From Octopus bimaculoides (taxonomy: Eukaryota), in contig NC_068981.1 of the NCBI RefSeq assembly GCF_001194135.2, positions 154,237,249 through 154,301,248 on the forward strand: a stretch of DNA of 64,000 nt. Direction: 5' to 3'. Positions 41,713-53,432 of this stretch are shown one piece after another. How positions within the stretch are numbered: position 1 is the first letter of the stretch; each line of letters opens with the position of its first letter. The notes below the pieces were generated by a model. That model had not been told where the DNA came from, ran no database searches, and saw only the letters and a program-made list of their open reading frames with translations. The translations under genes and the position numbers were made by a program.

Positions 41713-42051
41713 CATAGGTTATCAAAGTGGGCGTTACTGCCCCATCCCCCAGGTGGGCATTGAGACGGTCCAGGTGGGTGCTGGTGCCTAAGGGGTGGGG
41801 GGGGGGTAGAAAAAAAAGAGGTGTTGGAAGGAAGGCAGTGGATTGGGGGACGCTATGAATTTATTATAATATTATTATAGTATTGGATACAAGTTATATA
41901 ATATTATATTAAATATTGAATGATTCGTAGTATATATAAGTTATTAAAATATAAAATATTTATTTATACATAAAAATAGGGGGGGGGGGCCCTGAGAGTA
42001 TTATGTGGCCATGAAGAGGCGACAGTGGCCCAAAAAGTTTGAGAACTTCTG
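41713..42051. mobile_element. hAT (Charlie-like) MITE
   Basis: Termini CATAGGTTATCAAA / TTTGAGAACTTCTG; 8-bp TSD TTCTATAT (41705-41712, 42052-42059) resembling the nTCTAGAn Charlie target. Confidence 0.75.
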
Positions 42052-42850
42052 TTCTATATTAACAACATTTGAACAGGTGAGGTTTTGTTTGATAAGGATA
42101 ACACTAACGTTTGTTATCCTTCTCCTCCTCCTCCTTCTCATCATCATCATCATCATTTATGTCTGTTTTTCCATGTTTATATGAGTTGGACAATGCTCCT
42201 CCATTTAATTTTTCCTGGACATATATAGTTTATACATAATTTTGAACAAGTTAACTTTGACTTCAATTCTCATTGTCATCATCATTTAACATCTGCTTTC
42301 CGTGCTGGCATGGGTTTGATGGTTTGACATGGAGCTGGCTAGTCGGGAGTTGTCCTGACTCCAACTGTCTGTTGTGACATAGTTTCTATGGCTGAATGCC
42401 CTTTCTAATACCAACCACTTAAAAGAGTGTGCTGGGTGCTTTTTTACACGATAATTGTCCATAAGCTGTACTGATGAAATATAAGATGATTGAAAAGACC
42501 AAGCGAAAAAGGGAAAGAAACAATATTAAATATGTAACTTTAATTAGAGTTGAACTTTCACTCTGTGCTTTACATTAAAAATTAATACAGATGATTGGAG
42601 AAAAAGAAAGATTCTTTTAATAAATATAGTACAAAATACTAAACTTCAACTGTATTTAAATTTTACCGCTACACTTTACATTGAATGGTAATTACTTCTC
42701 TCCCTCTGCCAAACAAAGAGTACAAGTAAATCATCCTTCTAAATGGAAGACAGTAGGAGAGGGAAAATAACATGCTACTGGAATGATACAGTATATATGT
42801 GTGTGTGTGTTTGTTTGTTTATATATATATATATATTTAACAGATGTTAA

Positions 42851-42886
<36 letters not shown>

Positions 42887-43094
42887 GTGATGATGGTGTG
42901 TGTGCATGTGTGTGTGTGTTTGTGTATCATCATCATCATCATCATCACTGTCATCATCATCATTTAACATCCATTTTCTATGCTGGCATGAGTTGGATGG
43001 TTTGACTGGAGCTGGTAAGGCCAGGGACTGCATTGGGCTACATTGTCTGTTCTGGCATGGCTGAATACTCTTCCTAAAACCAACCGCTTTACAG

Positions 43095-43163
43095 AGTGCT
43101 TTTTATGTGACACAAGCACCAGTGCTTTTTATGTGACACAAGCACCAGTGCTTTTTATGTGGC
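43095..43163. repeat. 26-bp tandem repeat AGTGCTTTTTATGTGACACAAGCACC x2.6
   Basis: Read directly; within an RTE-derived tail. Confidence 0.85.
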
Positions 43164-43477
43164 ACTAGCACATGCTACTTATATATTTTGTATAATTATA
43201 TTTCCTAGAGTTGTATGAGTAAATTTTGATAGATGGACTTTGGTTAGCTTGCGTAATGTGCTTTGCAGAGTTTGACAAAAATAATTTTCATGGTCAAAAA
43301 ATATATTTTAAATTTTATATAACTTTTACTTATAATCTTGTTAATGCTTCAATCATTTTATGTTGTTTAATTTGCAAAATGTAATAATTAATGATTTGCT
43401 TGCTCTTTTTTGTTAGGTCTTTCAAGAACTAGTAGTCACCCCATTAACAATTTTGCAATTATTTGAATACACTAAAT

Positions 43478-43635
43478 ATGTCCCAATACAGCTCTAAAAG
43501 AGAAGATGGTGCTAAATTCCTTGAGTCCAAGAGAAAAAAAATATCTCTAGGAGGCAGTGATAAGTTAACAGCAGAGTTTACTAATCAAGAAATTCCATCC
43601 CAAGAGCAGGTTTCATCTGTCTCTAGAGCTTCAAG
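43478..43635 (+). CDS. SVIL: First coding segment of the supervillin-like gene (exon 43417-43635), MSQYSSKREDGAKFLESKRKKISLGGSDKLTAEFTNQEIPSQEQVSSVSRAS
   Basis: Acceptor ctctttttgttag|G at 43417; in-frame TAA at 43445 upstream of ATG 43478; open to AG|GTAAAA at 43635. Phase 2 matches the phase-2 acceptor of the giant exon. Confidence 0.7.
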
Positions 43636-44159
43636 GTAAAATTCTTCAAATTTAATTTTAATCAAAACATATAAATTTCATGGCTAATATGTATCAGAAT
43701 AATTAAAGCCATGAGATTATAATTATCTATACATCATTTGAAAATAAATGAAAAAAATCAGATGTTCCTTTCAGATAGATTAAATATAATTCATATCTTA
43801 GGATCTGAACTGACAGAAAGATTTGAAAACTGTTGAAAAGTGATTGATTCACATGTGGAATATATAAACATTTTATGTTAAATGGATCTGTGATTTAACA
43901 CCGTTGCATAGATAGTTGAAATAGGCACCTTGTAAAAACAATACAGAATTTCTAACCCATGCTAGCATGGCAAAATGGATGTATACCAATCAAACGAATT
44001 AGAATTAATAATTGAATAAAATACTGGTTCTATGAATCTGTTGTGCAAGCTATTTCATGAACTGGAAATTTCAGTGATCATATTTGGAAATAGCAGGATA
44101 GGTACACTAGTTATATGAAGGCTGTTGTTGTACAAAGTCTAAAAAGTAATCAAAGTTCC

Positions 44160-45410
44160 TGGAATTTCTTTGAGGCAATCATTGTAACAATGAGAACACC
44201 ATTCAAGCAACTAATAATCTTCTACTGATGAGGTAGGTACATGAGAGCCAGAGAGACTTTGTTCTTACCTAAAGAAAAAAAGGTCAGACAAATGATTGTG
44301 AATATCAAATCTCTGCCTGGTGAGGACTGTACTCTCCAACATAGGTTAGTGATTATCAATTTTCAAGATGAAGATTAGACGATAATAAAGGAAATTACCA
44401 TTAAGAGAAGGAAGATATGGAAATTAAAACATCTTTTCGTTAGACATAAACTCCAATTAGCACCAAATATTTTGTTCCTATTTAGATTGGAAGAAAGGAG
44501 AGATGGAGAGTTATAATATTAAAGACAGCAAGATGATCCTAAGGACCACACTGCAGAAAATTGATTGGTAAAAAAGCTCCAGTTAAGATGACATTGTTGA
44601 GGAATGAATATAGTAGACGGGGCTACATAAGCTAAATAATAGAGTAGGAAGGAAAGGGAGAAAGTAGGTAACAAGGAGTGATATCAGGAAGTTAGATTAT
44701 CCATTCAGGAAAAAGATTGAAAGGCAGAAGCTTGTTGATGTTCTATGTCATGGAGATAGAAAACATTATGGATTTTGATTGTGAAGCAGTTTATTTGCAC
44801 AAACATATTTTCATAGATATAGGATCTGAAATAAGTTAAATGTTCATTAACAGTTAATAGTAAGGGGTTTCATGAGCTACTTAGATGGCTTACTAGATTT
44901 GATGTAATTAATACTTGAGGTGATTGTAGTTAAAACAAAGGAGCTAGAGTATGACAGGGGCTTCAGGAGCTGTTACTCTCTCCATGGAAAAGGTATACCG
45001 TACGAAGAATGTATTAAGAATTTGATGTTGAGTTGCAGTGAAATATGGTCACTGAAAGTGGAAGAACTGCTGAAAATGGACAGAAATGAGAGGAGTATGA
45101 ACTACAAGGTATATAACATTAATTTGCATGAAATATGGAGCTAAAGTGACCTGAGAGAGTATCTGGGCAATAATGATATCAACCAACATGTGCAAGACAT
45201 TCAGTTATTATGCATACAGATCATGGATGCTAGTTAAAAAATAAAAAAGATGTATATTCACCATAGAAGATACTCATGAGAAAAGAAGACAGATATGACA
45301 TGGGGAAAAGTGGAGAGGTCAGATTTCATGATGTTATACCTCACAGTTGAGATGATATGTTAAGATATCTGGCTTGTCTAATAAAAAAGATGATAAAATG
45401 ATGATGATTG
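44160..45410 (+). mobile_element. Degenerate RTE-clade LINE fragment
   Basis: KGIPYEECIKNLMLSCSEIWSLKVEELLKMDRNERSM resembles the RTE C-terminal region; ATGATG tail near 45400. Confidence 0.6.
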
Positions 45411-46359
45411 TGAATATCAACTATTGTGAAATGAAAGTATTAGCTATTTTTTCAAGCAAAAGGAAGAGGCTTGAATAGTATTAACACAATAGATCTTCAA
45501 TCTAAAGAATATCAATTTGTCTTTTCTAATTCATGGGTAGTTTAAATATTGACGCTTTATTTTTTTTTTATTCAGGATTAAGCTTTAGATTTAGAGAAAA
45601 AGGAAGTGTGAATTAGCTGTGCTTATACATTTCCCTAAGTTATTAACACTATAAGTGATACCTTAAATGAAAGAATGGTAAAAGTAAAATGTAGAAATTC
45701 AAAAAGCTTACACAAATTTTGTATTATTTAGATGCAAAGAATATGTGTTTAGTACTTTTTGCAAAGATACAACTTTTACCTTTTCATGTTTCAGAACTTA
45801 AGTTTTTGTTATGTTTAATTAAAAATTGAAGATCACATTTGATTTCTGATTTCATCTATCCAGATGTTTAATAAATTTATGGTGAAAATTCAATGGAAAA
45901 AAATTATTTTCAAATTCTTAATTTATATATATCTGGTTCTAATGGCAACTAACTTAAAATTAGTCACTCTTGTTGCAGTGTTTGTGAAACTATCAGAAAA
46001 TATTTTACTATTGGAATCTTTATGAATATTAGATGAAAGCTAATGACTAAGGAAAATACTCAAGGACATTCTCTGCTTGAAAACTTAAATGATACTAAAT
46101 GTAGTTAGCTAGGAAGTGTTAATTAATTAAAATTACTTGTAGTGAGGGGAAAGAATCTTTAGCTTAATGGTCTTTTCTGATCAGGAAAGTCAGAGAGATA
46201 ACCCCTGAAATTTTAATTTATTTAAATTAATTAGCGATAGAATGTGGACAATAGAGTGATTATGATTTTGGTAGAATGGTAACGGATCTACACATACCTC
46301 CTTGACAAACTATAGCTTTTACCAATGTTACCAGATGAAGAACACATAATATATTATTA

Positions 46360-47450
46360 TCATTCTTACATCATTTTTACATCCACTTTTCCATGCTTGC
46401 ATGGATCACTGGGTCTTCTCTAGAATACAGAATCTTGTCATTTGTTGTATTCTTTTGTCATATTCTTTGTGTAGTTCAACATCCTGATATCCGCTTTCAC
46501 CACCTCTGCCCAAGTTTTCCTTGGTTTTTCTCTTCCACAATTTCTTTCTGTTTGGATGTGTGAACCATGTTGCTCATGCACACTGACATTACATATTCAG
46601 TTGTGCATGTTTCATGTTCCTTTAGCTTTTTGCACATCCTTCACAGCCAACGCCCATGTCTCATTTACTTCCTGTACACAAGCAATGCACAGCCTATGCT
46701 TCTCTTGAAGGTATAATCCCTTTGTTGCCAACATAGGTAATAACTCCTTGAACTTTTTCCACCCTGTTCTTATTCTGGTTGCTAAGCTTTCAGAGCACAC
46801 TCCTTCATAGCTGATCAGGTCGCCTAGATAAAAGAAGCTATCAGCTTCAATGGAGCCATCTAAGCTTTGAAAAGATTTATTTTACTAGTGCTTTGATTAC
46901 TCACTGCTCCTACCATGTATGAAGTCTATTTCCTCTGTTAACATGCTTGTGATCCTAGTGCACTTCTTGTGTGTCCATAATTTACACTGTGCACACAATA
47001 TGGAGTTTCTACCCACTTGCTTTCTGTATATCTAGCACAACCATTTTCTCGAATGCAGCAGAATCTTCTTTCTCATTTACTATAACTTTTGTCTTTTCTA
47101 AGTTTACTCTGAAAGCCTCTCAGTTCTAAGTTTTGTTTCTATACTTGGAATTTATACCTAAATTCTTTTGCAGCCTTCACTATAAGGGATAGATCATTAG
47201 CATACACAAGTTGCTGTAGACAGTCTGTCATATTTTGAAGAGGGCTTAGAATCAACCCTTAATGTACACCTACCTGCATGCTAAATTCCTCACTGAAATA
47301 TTGCTAACCTTCGTTTTGGTTACTGTATCTCTGTACATGACTTGTACTGCCCTTACAAGCCAAGCATCTACTCCTAGTTTCCTTAAAGACAACTCAACTA
47401 TAGATTGAGGTTCCTTGTCCAGATCAACTAATGCTAGTTACAGAAGTTTC
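46360..47450 (-). mobile_element. Degenerate RTE-clade LINE RT/3' fragment
   Basis: RIRTGWKKFKELLPMLATKGL and KPRKTWAEVVKADIRM on the minus strand; CAT-repeat tail on +. Confidence 0.8.
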
Positions 47451-47520
47451 CTCTTAGCTATATATATATATATATATATATTTATGTATGTATGTATGTG
47501 AACACACATGCACACACAGG

Positions 47521-47551
<31 letters not shown>

Positions 47552-48375
47552 TAAATAATATTGAGTAATATCCTAAAAGGATTTAAGGTACAGTTCTATT
47601 TGTGTTTTGAAAGATGGCATCCATATAACTATGTTTAATTTTATAGCAGGTAATTATTAAACTGATGTGTCCTTCCTGGTGTCATGTGCTTTAACAATCA
47701 CCTGTTTTCAGACTAGTTAGATTAAGGAAAGACAAATAGGTGTCTTGACAACACTGACTTACATCCATAGTGTCCATTGCCGTAGCAACAACAGCATCAT
47801 GTTGTTAAGTCTCATCATCATTATTATCATCAGTAACAGCAGTCAGTGTCAGTAGTGGCAGTGTAGCATCACTGTTGACTTTATTAAAAAGATCTACTAA
47901 CCCACATATTCAATGATTGGATTTATCTGCTTGTATTTGTTGACAAAATGTTTTATAACTATAAACTTTTTTTAACAATTTGCAACACGGAATAGGTGAA
48001 TAATTACTTACTTTCTCTCTTAGCAAATATAATGAAGTTTCACTTCCAGGGATACTCTAAAGAGTTTTATTACTGCTAAATAAACTTTGTGTTCATCACT
48101 TTCACCATTGATCCATATCTGAATGTATTTTTTCACATCAATCACATAATTATTTAAATTTATTTCAGTACATAACTATTGATTATTGTTTTGTATACAG
48201 GTTGTTAGTGAGGCTTTTTTTTCTGCATGGTTTCTAGTGGTACTTTTTTTTTTTTTTTTAGAAAATCTTAACAAATTCACATTTTAATCTCAATATTTTT
48301 TTGTTATTGTAAAAGAATACATCACATAAATTTTGTTTTCAAAATTATCATTTTGTTTTTCATTTCTAGTTTCAG

Positions 48376-50799
48376 TGCTGGAAGATGGTTGTCCAGTAGG
48401 AAAAATGAGACCACAGAGACAGAAGCTGAATCCCTCTTGAAATCTCCTAAACCAAGCTGTATTCCTTCAAGTGGTAGGGAAGTAAATCACAGTAGCTACG
48501 GCTGGCCACCATCTCATAGTTTTACTACTTCAGATAAGACTTCACTAGACAAAACAGCTTTGGGTGAAAATTACCATCAAAGAAGCTCATACCTAACACA
48601 TGGTAAAATGTCACATGTGCCTTCATTTAAGCATAAAGGTATGACAGAAAGCTGTACTAAAGAAGATAATATTCGAGATTTAAAAGCTGACAGATGTTCT
48701 GATAAACTACACAGGTCCATTCAACAGGCTGACACTAGTTCCTCCCGTAATATTCCTTTGAGAGCATCTGTTCGTAAAAGTCATGATTCTGAAAGGAATA
48801 GTGATTATGGAATAAGCAAATCTTCATTACACAGTAATATGTCTCATAAAAGAAGTCCCACAAAGTCTTCTGAATCTAGTAACACTAATCAGAAAACACC
48901 CAGAATTGCTGCAAAAGAAAGATTATCTGGAGACCATGACTTGCAAATGGCCAATATTGAAAGTTCTGTTTCTCCAGCAGAATTAAATGTAAATAAAAAT
49001 AACAACGATCTCAAGTCACTAAGAAAACCTGTTACTTCTGGTAGAGTAGCTGAAAGTTTTGCAGATCAGTCATTTGACCGTTCAGATGTAAAATATAATT
49101 CATGCAGATCCCGTATACCAACTCCTAATTCTCCTTCAAGTTCACATAAAGCTGAATCACATAAACTTTCATCACAGAGCTTTACTTGTTCTAGAGGTTT
49201 GGATACAAACAGAGAAGCTAACATGGAACAGAGTGGTAAAGAAACAAATGAAAGTAGAGCTGAACGTATTGCTCGTTATAAACAAATCAGACGAAATGAA
49301 CTGGCTTCAATAATTAGGGCCAGACTAGATGCTAACGGTGACAAAAAGGAAGAAGAAGAAGATAAAAAGTTGAATTTGAAACAAAATCTGAATCCAGAAA
49401 TAGCAAAAGAAAGTGAAACACAGTTTCCAATTTCATCTCTTACTGAAAAAGGCAACTTAAATTTGAGAACAGAAAGCATTGAGCCTGAGAGTTCAGATTT
49501 AAAACTGAATAGATTGCAACAAAGATTCAGAAATGTGTCTGAACGGTCCAAAAAGCGGCAAGAAAGAATGCTACGAAATAGTCAACATTTATCTGCTGAT
49601 CATATTGGTCAAACTGCAAAAGGTAAAATTCTTAGTAATAAATTGGACACGTCCACAAGTATAGACTCTAGGAATATTCCTCCTTCTATTGCTGATGATA
49701 CTCAACCATCTTTAGAAGCTGAGAGAGCAGTGAGTCTGTCATATGATGACAGAAGTCAGCTAGCTCAGTTAAGAAGTGATGAAGTAGGAACAGACTTTGC
49801 TTCAAATGTTACGAAAATCTCTTCTGAAATTCCCTGTAACAAAAATCTTTCCAACCAGCCATCAAAATCCATTGGTGCTAAAACTGGGATAGTAAATGAG
49901 AAAAGTTCTTTATCATTATCAAATGACAGGTTCATAGATAAAGGTTATAATCAAGATTTATATATTCCTTTAAGAAAACAAAATGTACAGGAAAAGCCAA
50001 ATATCATTGGTAGACAACAAGAAAAGTGTAGGTTTCAAAGTAAAAGTGATGGATATTTAACATCAGGTTCTGAGGCTGGATTTTCTGATAATATTTTTGA
50101 CTACTCCATATCGGAATCAGATAATTTTAGGAATTCTAACATCGACAGTGAAACAGACATACAAATATACTCTCAGATGACAGCTGACTTAAATGAGAAC
50201 CCTAGATCCTCAACATCTTTCGTAAAATCAAAACAACTACCTGAAAGTGCTGTTTCATATAGAAAACAATTGTTGCAGGATCTGAATGAAAAAAGTGAGA
50301 ATAAAAAAATTGAGAATGAATGGAAGAAAGATATCGACTGGCTAGAGCGTAGAAAGTTTGAATACATGATTAAAAAGGCTGAGAAGGAAAAGAAATTTTC
50401 AGTCTTAGACAAGATTAAAGCTGCTGAAATAAAAGCTAATGCAATTAGACAGAAAAGAGAAGAAAATAAGGCAAAGAAGCCTCTTGAAAGAACAAAGAGT
50501 GAAAGTCAAGTTAAGATGCCTTTAGAGGTTTGTCAAGAAACTAATCGAAAAAATACTAACTTGGAACGTACTCAATCTTTTGGATCTGCTCCTGTAAAGA
50601 AAATTGAGGAACTTCTTTTCTCTCCTAAGTATGAAAGTAACTTGGATGAGCTTCTTTTAAAGAATGCTGCTTATTTAGCAGATGAAGAAACAGATTTGCC
50701 ATCGCAGTCCGTAAGGAATTTACATCCTAAAGAAAATTTAAAGCTCAGGAAGTCTGTACGTAAGAAAAAATTAACCAAGCTTGCCAGTGTATCTGAAAG
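48376..50799 (+). CDS. SVIL: Giant internal coding exon of a supervillin-like protein (disordered N-terminal region)
   Basis: Lies in the 816-codon ORF 48353-50803. Acceptor is tttcag|T (48376) or ttctag|T (48370); donor AG|GTAAGT after 50799. 49250-49306 encodes ESRAERIARYKQIRRNELA, matching 14/19 residues of vertebrate supervillin ESKAERIARYKAERRRQLA as recalled. The rest is S/K/E/N-rich low complexity. Confidence 0.85.
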
Positions 50800-50974
50800 G
50801 TAAGTTTGATATTATTATATATTTGCTTGTAAGATACAATTTGAAGTAAAAATAAAAAAGCGATACAAATATGTTTGTGTAAGCTAATAAAGTGAAAAGA
50901 AAATTGTTTCCATACAAACAATTAATTAGTTAATCTCTTGGAAAAAGTCAAGATCTTGTATAAAAGTTGAATAT

Positions 50975-51187
50975 AATATTGGTTTCAAATTTTGGCACAA
51001 GGATTTTGGGGAAAGGGTAAGTCAATTACATCCTCCCCAGTGCTCAACTGGTATTTATTTTATCAACTCCGAAAGGATGAAAAACAGTGTCAACCTTGGC
51101 GGAATTTGAACTCAGAACATGTTGATGGACAAAGTACTGCTAAGTATATTGCCTGGTGTGCTAACAATTCTGCCAACTCACCATCTT
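50975..51187 (-). mobile_element. SINE family B copy
   Basis: Reverse complement of the family B consensus, about 175 nt downstream of the giant exon. Confidence 0.8.
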
Positions 51188-51201
51188 AAAAAAAAAAAAA
51201 A
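51188..51201 (-). terminator. Pol III terminator-like T14 run downstream of the tRNA-Glu pseudogene
   Basis: 14 A on + (T on -) starting 6 nt past the tRNA 3' end. Confidence 0.45.
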
Positions 51202-51207
51202 CATGCA

Positions 51208-51280
51208 TTCCCATGCCAGGAATTGAACCAGGGCTGCATGGGTAAAAGCCAGGAATCCTAACCACTAGACCACATAGGGA
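51208..51280 (-). pseudogene. Decayed tRNA-Glu(TTC)-derived pseudogene (anticodon now reads TTT)
   Basis: Reverse complement TCCCTATGTGGTCTAGTGGTTAGGATTCCTGGCTTTTACCCATGCAGCCCTGGTTCAATTCCTGGCATGGGAA aligns end to end with eukaryotic tRNA-Glu. It shows an extra base in the acceptor stem and CpG-type substitutions such as TTCGA>TTCAA. Confidence 0.8.
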
Positions 51281-51332
51281 AGCCAAAAGTTAACCATAAT
51301 ATTGATATAACTAATATTAATACCAGAGAGAA

Positions 51333-51824
51333 GGCGGTGAGCTGGCAGAAACGTTAGCATGCTGGGCGAAATGCTTAGTGGTATTTCATCTGTCTTTACG
51401 TTCTGAGTTCGAATTCTGCCGAGGTTGACTTTACCTTTCATCCTTTCGGTGGGATTGATAAATTAAGTACCAGTTGCATACTGGGGTCAATCTAATCAAC
51501 TGGCCCCAGTCCCCAAAAATTTCGAGCCTTGTGCCTAGTGTAGAAAAGAATATAAAAACATTTCTCATGGCACCAGCACACAATTTACAGATGTTTACAT
51601 TTTAAGGCAGCAAGCTGGCAGAAACGTTAGCATGCTGGGTGAAATGCTCAGCGGTATTTCGTCTATCTTTTTTGTTCTGAGTTCAAATTCTGCTGAGGTC
51701 GACTTTGCCTTTCATCCTTTCAGGGTTGATAAATTAAGTACCAGTTGTGTACTGGAGTCAATCTAATCAACTGGCTCCCTCCCCAAAAATTTCGGGCCTT
51801 GTGCCTAGAGTAGAAAAGAATATT
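51333..51824 (+). mobile_element. SINE family B dimer (51333-51553, spacer, 51604-51824) inside one 20-bp direct repeat
   Basis: AATATTAATACCAGAGAGAA at 51313-51332 and 51819-51838. Confidence 0.8.
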
Positions 51825-52859
51825 AATACCAGAGAGAATTTTATTCTAATTTTATTCTAATTTTCAAATGTCTATTATAGAACCTATCAGGCTTTTAAGT
51901 TCTTTTAACACTATTAACAGACATAGATTAGTGGAATTGTATCAATTACTCTTAATACTATAGGGCCTAATATCTTTGCAATTAAATAATGTTGATAGGA
52001 TTTAATATAATTATAATAATGTTGATCTCCATTTACTGTTATATGCTACTTTAATTCTTTAGGGTATATCACACTTCTCTTTCATTGTGGTAAAACTAAT
52101 TTTTAACAGTGTCATTCAAGGATTTAATGTATTGATTATCATTTAGAGCTGTTGTAATATACACGAAGATAGCTTGGAAAGATAACTAAACAAAGAAAAT
52201 AATCAAATTTTGAAGTGTGTTCATAAAGTCACTATCTGTATTTATTGAGTTCATAATGCTTTATATGAAATTGGTTGACGTACAGTTGTTTTCTACAGAA
52301 TAGATATTTCTTTAGAACTAAATTTAGGTTTAGAATTTCTGTTTGACAGGAGTGCAATAAGTATACATCAAAATGTAGGTAGCATGCAAGTGCCATTTTA
52401 GCCATTTAAGAATATATAAGTTTATTTGCCTTTCATTTATTTCTTGAGCTGTCTTGGTTTTCATTTTTCTGAGATCCTGTCCCTAACACAATTCCCCTGT
52501 TGTTGCAGTGAAATTGTATCAGTGACAAGTTTACAGAGATGTGATGAACATCTTGATATCTCAGTAAATAAGTAAAAAGTAAATATAACTGTTTATGTGT
52601 ACTTAAATGGTTAAAATAGCTATAACACAATATAATTGCTTAAGTTTCAATGCATGTTCTTAAAGCGAGTCACTTGCCAAACACATACAATTCCAAAATA
52701 TGGATAAAATTTCTTGTATTTTTATGACTTATTATTCATCTTTGATTTTCTTTTTAATTGAAATATAATTATGATTATATTATAATTTAATATAACTCAT
52801 CAGACTGATTCAGCTATTATTAAATTATACTGAGAGCTGAATCACTCAGACAGACATGG

Positions 52860-52915
52860 AGAAAGATATGGAGCTATGGTTGCCAGACAGTTGCAGCATA
52901 GCTCCATGTCTTTCT
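52860..52915. repeat. 19-bp stem hairpin (one G-T wobble)
   Basis: AGAAAGATATGGAGCTATG ... CATAGCTCCATGTCTTTCT; adjacent 10-bp hairpin at 52806-52844. Confidence 0.9.
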
Positions 52916-53059
52916 ATCTCAATTTTTTTTTGAAAATAAGAGATATCTGTGAAACTGGTCAAGTCTTTGAGAATAAAAAAATCTAAATGAATATCAGTGC
53001 ATTTTCAACTTCTTTCTTCTATATTTCTGCTCATATGGAATAAAATATATGTTTTATTT

Positions 53060-53103
<44 letters not shown>

Positions 53104-53104
<1 letters not shown>

Positions 53105-53432
53105 AAGGCGCATGACTCAGTGGTTAGAGTGTCAAGCTCACAATCATGAGGTAGTGAGTTTGATTCCTGAACCAGGCTTGTGTGTTGTGTTCTTGAGCAA
53201 GACATTTTATATGTTGCTCCAGTTCACTCAACTGTAGAAATGAGTTGTGATGTTACTGATGCGAAGCTGTATTGGCCTTTGCCTTTCCCTTAGATAACAT
53301 CGGTGACATGGAGAGGGGAGGCTAGTATGCATGGGTGACTGCTTGTCTTCCATAAACAATCTTGACTGGATTTGTGCCTTGGAAGGGAGCTTTCTAGGTG
53401 CAATCCCATGGTCATTCACGACCGAAGGGGAA
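53104..53432 (+). mobile_element. tRNA-derived SINE family C
   Basis: GAAGGCGCATGACTCAGTGGTTAGAG head with a GTTTGATTCC B-box-like motif; a related head lies at about 5435-5650. Confidence 0.75.

Noticed and set aside
49276-50412. Antisense ORFs 49276-49551 and 50173-50412
   Set aside because: Shadows of the long sense ORF; no independent coding signal.
51208-51280. Functional tRNA-Lys(TTT)
   Set aside because: The body is tRNA-Glu, with a disrupted acceptor stem and a T-loop substitution; a pseudogene is more likely.
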